39,193 bases of DNA from Paraspadella gotoi (taxonomy: Eukaryota; Animalia; Chaetognatha), in assembly GCA_051294375.1 (NCBI GenBank), contig JBJCIZ010000244.1:1-39193 (forward strand), written 5' to 3'. Below are positions 25,850-35,235 of this stretch, piece by piece. The position numbers and the translations under genes were made by a program. The notes below the pieces were generated by a model that saw nothing but the letters and a program-made list of their open reading frames with translations, ran no database searches and was not told the DNA's origin. Position 1 is the stretch's first letter; every line of letters begins with the position of its first letter.

Positions 25850-26060
25850 NNNNNNNNNNNNNNNNNNNNNNNNNNNNNNNNNNNNNNNNNNNNNNNNNNN
25901 NNNNNNNNNNNNNNNNNNNNNNNNNNNNNNNNNNNNNNNNNNNNNNNNNNNNNNNNNNNNNNNNNNNNNNNNNNNNNNNNNNNNNNNNNNNNNNNNNNNN
26001 NNNNNNNNNNNNNNNNNNNNNNNNNNNNNNNNNNNNNNNNNNNNNNNNNNNNNNNNNNNN
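25850..26060. other. Assembly gap (211 N); 25-N gaps also at 13373-13397, 24911-24935 and 30428-30452
   Basis: Runs of N. Confidence 0.99.
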
Positions 26061-26549
26061 AAATTATTTTGTTAAATTTTGTTTTGTTAAGTTTTAATTT
26101 TAAAAAATGTTCAAATTTCAGTGCAAATTATATTAAAAAATTATATTTTTAATAATTCGTCCTAGGTTCACCCCGCCTAGTTTTAAATTAAAAATTTAAT
26201 TTAAAAAAATGTTATTCTTCCATTATTGTTTTACTTAATTATTATTTATTAGTCAACTACTGTTAAAATGTATTTGCTTTTCTCAACTAAGTTTTTTTAA
26301 AAATATAATATTATGGTGGACTAACAAGTCTACCAACCGTTCATCAGCGGCCATTGGTGCCGGAGGCAAGTCATTCGCCTTCCAACCCAAAGGTCCGGGG
26401 TTCTAGCCCGGTGGTCGTCTGGCAGTTAAGAGGACGGCGGCACTTAACCCGCCTGTAACATGGTGTTACCAGCCTGATCCGAAGCTCAGGACTGCTTATA
26501 TTGAAAGGTTCTGTCATTAACACTTATCAATAATTTACTGTCTCTTCAT

Positions 26550-26567
26550 TGGTGAGCCCGACTTCCG
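26550..26567 (+). promoter_or_regulatory. Primer-binding site of the TRIM
   Basis: Starts with TGG one nucleotide after the LTR's CA; TGGTGAGCCCGAC is 12/13 identical to the tRNA-Trp-type PBS TGGTGACCCCGAC. Confidence 0.75.
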
Positions 26568-26721
26568 AACACACACAGCAACAACAACACTTTCAGGCGA
26601 CATGCCTCAACCTGGCGATGCACTTTCCGCACACACATCAGCGACATGCCTCAACTTGGTGACGAACTTTCACACACAAACAACAATTCACTGAAGAGAC
26701 GCAACAGAGACTTCTCCCTAC

Positions 26722-26732
26722 AGGAGGGGGGA
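26722..26732 (+). promoter_or_regulatory. Polypurine tract of the TRIM
   Basis: AGGAGGGGGGA two nucleotides before the 3' LTR; similar tract in the 15-kb copy. Confidence 0.85.
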
Positions 26733-27949
26733 TGTATGGTGGACTAAAATCCACCAACCGTTCATCAGCGGCCATTAGTGCCGGAGGCAAGTCATTCGCC
26801 TTCCAACCCAAAGGGTCCGGGGTTCTAGCCGTGGTCGTTCTGGCAGTTAAGAGGGACGGGGCGCTTTAACCCGCCTGTAACATGGTGTTTACAGCCTGAT
26901 CCGAAGCTCAGGACTGCTTATATTGAAAGGTTCTTATCAATAATTACTGTTCTTCCCAATATACAATCTCATAATTTCGAGAAGAACTTTATCATATTTA
27001 TAAACAATATAATTTTTTTATTTTGACAAAAAATCAAGTATTTTACAAATAAAATTGTATTCTAAGGAAAAAGTTATTAGTATTTTGTCCAAACAATTTG
27101 ATGGACAAAAAATAAAAGGCGATATGAAAGGTTTACTTTGACACCTCTCTAGCGATAAAGCATTATAATGAAATTGATAGATACCATGATGGGAAAAAAA
27201 TGTCGCGGTTTGAAAAGGTCAATTAATTTCATTTTCAAATATATTTTTTTGGTAGTAATTAGGTTTTATTATATATTTTGACCTCCCTTGGCTAGCACTG
27301 AATAAAAAGATTTTTTTTAACAGCGTAATATTATTAAATACATACAAATACTTCCTAAAGAGGTTGTCTCCAATTTTTTTTACTTCTTTTTGATTAAAAG
27401 GATTATTCACTAAGGCGGGCCAAAATTGATCACTTTTTATCATTAAGAGTTCTGTATTATAAAATTTATTTGTCCATTATATACTTAATCAATATTTACC
27501 ATCACATTTTTAACTAGTGAAGCACAGTCTAACATTAAAGCATTTAAATATTTATCAATGCATAGGCAATGAAAAAATTTTTTTGTAAAAATATTATTTT
27601 TTAAGAACGGATTCAGATAGCCCATAAAAAGTTGTCTTCACAAAGTATAATCCATTTTTTCAATATTTCGATGATAAGTTGGTCAAATAATGGAACAAGT
27701 TTGAGCAAACAATGTCGGATCTGCCCACGATCATTATCGGTAAATAATTAATTAATAATTATTTAATTAATAATTAATTCAAGTTAATTAATTATTTAAT
27801 TAATTAATAATTAATTTATTCAAGTTAATTATTTAATTAATTTGATCCGAAATGTTTATTTTGATTGATTAATTGATATAATAATTAATTATTGATTAAA
27901 TAATTGACTATTGATTAATTAACTTATTAATTATTTGATTAATTTATAC

Positions 27950-28509
27950 ATATTGCATTTACATTTAAAAGAAATAGAAAAAGAAGCATAATCAATTAGT
28001 GAAACAGGTTCTTTGTTTTTTCCATTTAAACTCATTTCCACTCAAACGATTCCATCGAAACTTGATTTCCAGTTTAATCACAAACTTTTCTACGCAAATA
28101 CAAATTTTCAAGTCAATCGCCCCATCCACTCATGAGTAATTAGTGTTCAAATAGTGAAATATATTTTTTTGTTTTTTCCATTTCCACTTGGACGATTCCA
28201 TCGAAACTTCATATCCAGCTCAATCACACACTTCCCTACCCACACACAAAATTTCATTCCAATCCATCCATCCAATCACAAGTAATTGGTGTTTTTTGCT
28301 AAGCTGGGATGTACGGACGGACGTACGGACTGACAGATGGACGGACAGACAAAAGGACGGACGGACATCGTTTTTTTTGCATAATTCATAATAATTTGAT
28401 GTTCTGACATGATATAAGTGAAAGCCCGACAAGATTGAGGGGGCGGGCCGATGGACCGACAAAGTGAGTTATAGAGTCGGGATCTGCTGAAAGCAGATCC
28501 GACTAAAAA
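27950..28509 (-). mobile_element. HINE/DINE-1-like repeat with intact terminal hairpin
   Basis: Hairpin agtcgg(g)atctgct-gaa-agcagatccgact (28475-28504) next to an A5/T5 run, (GGAC/AGAC)n at ~28313-28366, tandem subrepeats. Confidence 0.7.
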
Positions 28510-28592
28510 CTCTTTAAAATCATCATCATCATCGTTGTACCATAATTTGGTAAAATGCTCTTCGATGCAGCGAATCTCTCTTGCTCTCTCTC

Positions 28593-28835
28593 TCAGGATC
28601 GGGATCGACAAAAACGACGATAATTTGAACGATGGATTAATTGTTTAGGGTTTCGGTTAGGGATAAGGTTAGATTAGGGGATAGAGATTAGGGTTGGGTT
28701 AGGGATAGGGTTAGGGATTAAAGTTAGAAATTAGGGTTGTCTTTCCCTACGCTACAAAAAAATTTTGTCTTGCTCGGTGACTCATCGGTCAGGATCGAGA
28801 TCGACAGAAACAACGAAGATAATTTGAATGATGGA
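28593..28835. repeat. Degenerate (TTAGGG)n patch between ~45-bp direct repeats
   Basis: TTAGGG variants at 28645-28738; tcaggatcg.gatcgaca.aaac...ataatttgaa.gatgga at 28593-28636 and 28789-28835. Confidence 0.7.
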
Positions 28836-29966
28836 GGAAGCAGTTGCAACGATGAGAGCAACGACAAAAGGAGTGACGCATAAAACGATGATGGAAGTAG
28901 CAAAAGATATGATTTTTGTGCGTGTGTTTGAGTCCGCTGCTTCAGAAGCCGCAGCTAGGGGGCTTGTTTGAAAAAAAGTGCCTTATTTTTTCAATCTCTA
29001 CCCTAATCCGTTTTTAAAAATTTGGATTTTGAAAAAAAATTCATGATTTATAGTAATACGATAAATTTTAAGTGCTTCTATGTTATTAACTATATATAAA
29101 ATCTTAATTTTTTTTAATTTCGTCATCCCACAGGGATGCTCTAACGTTATTTATATTACAGAACTCTTAGTTTTTACTTTATTCCGCCTTATTATTCACA
29201 TTATTGTTAATATTATGCATATAAATATAATATATATATATAACATAATATTTTTTATAATGGAACAAACATTAGTTTTTGGAAAGCAGTAAAAAAGGTT
29301 GTTGCTGCATAAAGTGATGATATTTGGTTCTAATAATAAATCCAGAGATAAATAAAAATGATAACTTTTCTCACAGAAAGGTTACCCAGAGCCTTATAAC
29401 ATTTATTAATATTTTACAATAAAAAATATTCTGCATTATCTACAGCATCAATACATTTTTAATACCACTTTTTTTGACATATGAATTAAGATTCATCCCT
29501 GAATGTGTCCTAATGTAGATAATGCAATAACTATTTAAAATGAGACTGAGAAAAGGCAGGGATTTTTAATAGTAATAGTTTAACTAAAAAGTAATAGAAA
29601 AGAACCGGAAATTAGTATAAATGAAAAATGTAGAAGTGAAAAAGATAAAAAAGAAGGAAGAATTTTTTTGGAAAACTAATTTTCTTTTGGATGGAACTCT
29701 TAAGTTTTTTGTAGTACATAAATGAGACACTGCTCATATGAATCACAAGAGGCCAAAGTTTTTCGTTATCTAAATTTTATTTAGACAAAAATTTTATCTG
29801 ACAATAAAATGATGAAAAATAGCTGGAGAGTAACCGCAAAAATGTTATTTTCTATCTTGGTATTAGATAATCATCAGAACATACATCATACACATCATAC
29901 ATAACTTCAACTTTTAAATATTATCAAAAATAAAATCAGATAATAAGTTAAATAGAATAAGCAGTT

Positions 29967-30200
29967 TATGGTGGACTAAAATCCACCAACCGTTCATCAG
30001 CGGCCATTGGTGCCGGAGGCAAGTCATTCGCCTCCCAACCCAAAGGTCCGGGGTTCTAGCCCGGTGGTCGTCTGGCAGTTAAGAGGGACGGGGCGCTTAA
30101 CCCGCCTGTAACATGGTGTTACAGCCTGATCTGAAGCTCAGGGACTGCTTATATTGAACGGTTCTGTCGTTAACACTTATCAATAATTACTGTCTCTTCA
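29967..30200 (+). mobile_element. Solo LTR of the tRNA-containing TRIM with TSD
   Basis: TATGGTGGAC...TCTCTTCA flanked by AGTT (29963-29966) and AGTT (30201-30204). Confidence 0.92.
30001..30070 (+). promoter_or_regulatory. tRNA-derived Pol III type-2 promoter cassette inside the LTR (not a functional tRNA)
   Basis: 70 nt; acceptor-like CGGCCAT/GTGGTCG, A box-like TGGTGCCGGAGG (30008-30019), CTCCCAA/CTTCCAA Gly-like anticodon loop, AGGTC variable loop, B box-like GGTTCTAGCCC (30052-30062); anticodon stem unpaired. Confidence 0.7.
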
Positions 30201-30531
30201 AGTTTAATAAAAAAGTGTACATTTATTTATGGCAATTAGACTAATCAAATTGTTTGCCTTAAAGAAATACATTTGTTTGTATATATTTTGAGCTTAACTT
30301 TAAACAAGACTGATCGCAATACCGCTCAAAAAAGTTAACAAAAGGCCAATTTTTAGCTTCCTGAAATGGAAATAAATAACTTGATTGTGTCTTTCTGTCT
30401 CTCTCCGTTTTTCTCTCTCTCTATTTTNNNNNNNNNNNNNNNNNNNNNNNNNAAAAGGAGAGAGAGATAGTTGCCACTTTCTTACTCACTTTAAAAAGGG
30501 CGACGCATCAAGGTTTTCAAAGCTTGTTTAT

Positions 30532-30725
30532 TTAGAGAATCTGACAAAGTTTTTTGTTTGCAACGACACTTTTATTTATCAGTTGAATCAGCACATGTTT
30601 CGATGATGAAGACTTGGTATAAACACAGTCGAAACATGTCCTGTTCAACTATAAATAAAATTCGTTTGCAAACAACAAACTTTGTCAATTCTCTAATTAA
30701 TCAGTAACAACGAAAAAGAAAGGAT
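30532..30725 (+). ncRNA. Minimal type I hammerhead remnant inside a ~70-bp inverted duplication (Penelope pseudo-LTR-like)
   Basis: TGATGA-A-GACT..AGTC-GAAA-CATG-TC (30604-30640); inverted arms 30532-30603 and 30629-30696; core C3 and the 5' strand of stem I are replaced by the inversion junction. Confidence 0.6.
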
Positions 30726-33700
30726 CTAATCATAATACGCTTACTTTAATAAAAACGTGTGAGCGAGTTAAAAACGTTCGGACGTCAAGGCTACTGCCCT
30801 GACTCGTCAAACAATCGTTTAACTAAAAAACAACCATGGCGATATTCCAGAGCTTCCGCGTTTCTTTTCTCTCATAATCTGTTGGTTTTTTCTTTCATTT
30901 TCTGGTAATACGATCTTACGACATAAAATTCGCGATTTTACAACAACATTTATTTACTTCATCAGTGCGCATATTTCTGGCTAGTTTTATATTAAAAACA
31001 CTCTTGGCAAGTTTAAAGTTTGCAGAAAGGCAGAGAGAGCCAGTGAAGCAGAATTCGCCTCGTTTCTTCGTATAACTTTTAGGGTCATCTTTATCTCTCT
31101 CAATCTCGCGGCCCGTTACTAACGTTGTTCATCTCTTGAACGTTTACTTATATACATGCTTTCATCGATCGGCTTTCAGTCGTTTAGAACACTCTTCGAA
31201 GTCGTTGCTCGTCCGAAACCATTATTTTTCACGCGGTTTCGCGACTTATTTTGTCACGTTATTGTCAAACGTATTTGCCCACTCTTCTGTCTTAAACGTT
31301 TAGTTTTTTGCCGGAAATTCCTCGTTTTCATATCAGCGGAAATAAAGTCACGCCGAGACTCTTGTCAAAATCATTTTTTTGGACGAGCGACTCTTCAAAA
31401 ACGCCTGGACCGGCAAGCGTTGAGACAGAAGTTCTCTTCAGGGAGAGAGAGAGAGAGAGAGAGAGGGAGGAGGGAGTGAGTGAATCAGAGAGATAAGCTT
31501 CCTCAACAAAGCGTAGACGGACGTCGAGCTCTTTTTCTCCCTATGGCCATGCCCACACCCGCCCGAGTGAACAATACATTTTAGGATTATATTTATTTAT
31601 GTAAAAACTAACATCCATGTCATATAAGACTAAAAAGAGCCAACATAAATTGTTTAAAATTGATAGAGGTTTATGAAATAGTGTATTCAAACACATCACT
31701 CTCTGATCTAAATTCACTTTGCTGAACAATTGTAATAATTACTTATTATTATTATTATTACAGTTATTAATAACTTGGTTACTAACTATTTAACAGAGTA
31801 CGTTCTTATTTAAAAACGATCTTCCAATGCTTTCATGAGAATTTTTCATTTTGATAAAAAAACAGAAAGACAGAAGATGCGGCCAGAGCGATCTGACGGA
31901 AGGGAGGGATGAGTGGTAATGGGGGTAAGGCCTATGGTAATGTCAAATTAATATTTTTTAGTAAAGCTTATTATAAGCTGTATAAAGTTGACACTTAGCT
32001 ACTAAAAGTTTTTATAAACCAAGCTTTAAAAAGGATATTGACTGCGTTATGTGGCTTGGAACTTATTTTCCATTTTGCTTAATTTTTTCAACAATCTTTT
32101 TATGAAAATACTTCATCTTTTTTGAATGACTCAATATTTAGTATAAACAATTTTTTTTATTTTTTAAAAGGATACAAACGGGTTTAAATTCCTTTGTTTT
32201 AGGCTTTATTTCACCTTAAAAAGTGAACTTAATCAGCTTTCTTTGATTATCAAATTTTGCTATTTTTTAGCAATTTTTTGCATCAAAAATTGCTTTATAA
32301 AATCGATAGAACGGGAAAATTGAGGAGCGAAATTTTCATTTTTTTTATCTTGGGGCTTTAGTATTATATCAAATACCAAAAAAAATCAAGGGGACACCAA
32401 GAGGTCCATATATCATATTTTGTATTTATGCTTCCGCGCTAATCCATCCAGTCCGCACCCAAAAATCTTGTCGGTAAGTCGCTGAGATATGTCAGAACAT
32501 TTTAATTATTTATGTTATTCAAAACATATTCGATGGTCTGTCCATCCATTCCATTCCTGTAAATTTTTTATACATATCTTTTTTTGTAGTATTTTTTAAG
32601 GCCCAATATGAATTAACAAAAAATTTCCAAAAATTTGGATGAAAGAGACAGAGAAGGAGAGAAAGTTTTAAAAGAAACAAGTTGATCAAAATCATTTTAA
32701 TACCAGAATTCAAGGTGGAGAACAATTTCCACGAATTTTGACTGTACACAAGAAAAATTGGCTAAAGGTAAAGGAGAAAAAACAATCTTTCACAGTTCCT
32801 TTAGCAATGAATTTTGATTCTCATGTTTTTAACCCTTCCTGAGTAGAGAAAAATTTTTTTTTTTTAAAAATGGACAAGTCTCTTCTTGAGCGCAAAGCGA
32901 AATTTAGAAAAACTTTTGGCCAAACCATTTTGATAAAAGAAGAAGAGGGGGAGAAAAAGAAAGAGAAGAGGGATGAAAATCTTCCCAGAAAACACTATCC
33001 TTTACTCAATTCTTTACGTTTTTTTATGAGTTTTCTGAAGGAAATTCCCTTAAAAACTCATAAAGGTATAAAGTATGAAAATTTGATACTTTTTTTTTCA
33101 ATAATCTAGCGCTTATGTTAGAAATATTTACAAACGACCGTAAAAACATCAGTTTAAACGTTTTGTTTCCATTCAGCATAGGAAAGTATGAAAACATTTT
33201 TTACTAGGAACAGAGAAAACCATAATTGTTTCAAGTTGCCCTCAACTTTCTTGTTCATTTGGCTGACTTTTGTAGAATTCAATGTTTTTTTAAATGTTTA
33301 TTCTACCATTAAAACTGACGCCGAAGGAACTTAAACGATCGCCGAGGTTATAACAATTTATAAACGATTTAAAATAACTTAACGTAAATCCTTACGTCAT
33401 AATTTTTTCAACGAAAGCACCTAAAGATTCTACACAAATACACAATTCCCAAACATTAAGCAAATAAACTCAAGATTAGCCTCGGATGACAACCTTTTCT
33501 TCTTTTTCTAAATTATTTCATTGAATGCGACTCTCACATCAACGAAGAGGAAACTTCTGACCCAGCATATTCGCATTTTCAGCTGACGAACGTTGAGCCC
33601 GTCTCCCCTACGGGCGCTGCTCGCCACTGCCGATCAATAATACAATAAAACAAATATTTACATGTGAAGAAAAACAATTTTGGAAAAAATAATCTGAAGT

Positions 33701-33728
33701 ATTCCAATCTTTTTTAAGCACCCTCCTC

Positions 33729-33742
33729 GTAGCCATAGCAAC
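33729..33742. promoter_or_regulatory. RFX X-box consensus match
   Basis: GTAGCCATAGCAAC fits GTHNYY-AT-RRNAAC and lies in a locally GC-richer, non-repeat stretch. Confidence 0.35.
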
Positions 33743-35134
33743 GGGTCCTGAGCTTGTAACTGAGGGCTTAAGGGTTTTTCAATGCCCAAACGTTGTCCTC
33801 AGTCCTCACAACTTAACAACGCTTAACACTGCTTATAGGCGTTTTTGAACATATTGTAATTCTCAACTAGCAGTTTGTTATGATTGTTACTAATTTTTTT
33901 TCCTTCAAGCAGTCTGGGACAGGAACGTATCGCTACAAAAAAGTAAGCACATCGGCCCTTAATAAGGTTAGAGTACAAGTCTGATATCACTGAAAGGAAG
34001 CAAATATCATCTTATAACAGAATGTAATTATTTTGATAAAAATGTTTTTTTATCTGCAACTGTTGGTCCAAATCCCTCCAACAAATTGAGAATGCTTCCA
34101 CAGAGCCTCTGGGGATTAGGTCCTTATGAAGATCATGATTGGAATATTAAACCTAGAGGTTTTTATTCAACTAATAAAGCAATTTTTGATGCATTAACTT
34201 TTATTTTCTTTATTTCTGTGTGTGTTAAAATTTTTTCAAAAATATTCTTATAACAGGATATCTTAAAAAGTATTTGGTCAATCAAGATGAAATTTATCGC
34301 TGTATAGTAATTATATCATGCTCGCTATTAATTAAACCTATAGCAATAATATAAAATAAATATTTTGTATATTAATTTTATTTTTAAAAGAATCTGTGCA
34401 GGAATTATCCTCCAGGAATGTAGGCACACCATTTTTTTTAAAAGATGGTATATTAAATTAGAAAGACCACCTATTTAGAATAAAACTGTGTATAAAATTT
34501 TTATAGTACCTCTAAAACCAGAGAAGATATGGAAAGCAATGTATTGGCCACTACCTGTGGCAGCCAGCTTGTGGATGCTGTTGTGGGTCTGCGAGAAGTA
34601 CGTTTGGCACTCTTAAATTTAACTAGAAACAAATTGATGGCTTCTATTAACTATAAATTATGTTGGACGATCCAAATCTCTCATACTTTAGACACAGTGA
34701 GGGGATGATGTGAAAGGGTGTGCCAAAAATCCTTCAGGAGAGGGTAAACTTGCTAAAGCGTTGGACCATTTGAAATGGCGATTGGTGCAAACCTATTTTT
34801 TTAAGGCCATGCCCCGTCATGGTTAAATCGTGTGCGTGAAGATACAAACCAACTTTTGGATATGACACACCCTAGTGGGCTGGCCCCTTAGGGGCATAAC
34901 TTAGGTATTGGTTTTTGCCCCTTCTTGAAGCTATCTCTAGGTATGATTCCCCCTGTGTAACCACTAGCCACTGCCAGGGGAAGGCTTTTATTTCTGGGCG
35001 GTATATACTAAAAATCAACTTTTTATCTAAAAGCCTTTCAATTTTAAAAAAGTCACTGCTCCCAAATGAATGGCTCGATTTGAAAAAAAAATTCATATAA
35101 AATTTATCAATCTTTTAAACTTTAAATTCTCTAA

Positions 35135-35235
35135 TTTTTAGTCGGATTTGCTTTCAACAGATCCCGACTCTATAATTCACTTTTGTCGGTCCGTCGGTCC
35201 GCCCCTCTCAAGTATTGTCGGGCACTAACTTATGA
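35135..35235 (+). mobile_element. HINE-like 5' terminal fragment
   Basis: tttttagtcggatttgctttcaacagatcccgactctataa closely matches the reverse complement of the 28469-28509 end; related hairpins at ~13268 and ~24678. Confidence 0.7.

Larger units (their letters stand above)
26312..26958 (+). mobile_element. Complete tRNA-containing TRIM (non-autonomous LTR retrotransposon)
   Basis: 5' LTR 26312-26548 ending TTCA; PBS TGGTGAGCCCGAC at 26550; PPT AGGAGGGGGGA 26722-26732; 3' LTR 26735-26958; flanked by ATAT/ATAT (26308-26311, 26959-26962); no ORF. Confidence 0.9.

Noticed and set aside
25800-26152. ORFs spanning the N run
   Set aside because: Artefacts of the assembly gap.
29990-30040. Hammerhead-like TC-[cggc..gccg]-CTGATGA on the antisense strand of the TRIM LTR (retrozyme hypothesis)
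   Set aside because: No GAAA in the required position upstream or downstream, and no stem II; the core is incomplete in all copies.
30001-30070. Functional tRNA-Gly gene or a plain tRNA-SINE
   Set aside because: The anticodon stem does not pair and the T arm is out of register; the cassette is internal to an LTR with PBS, PPT and fixed ends.
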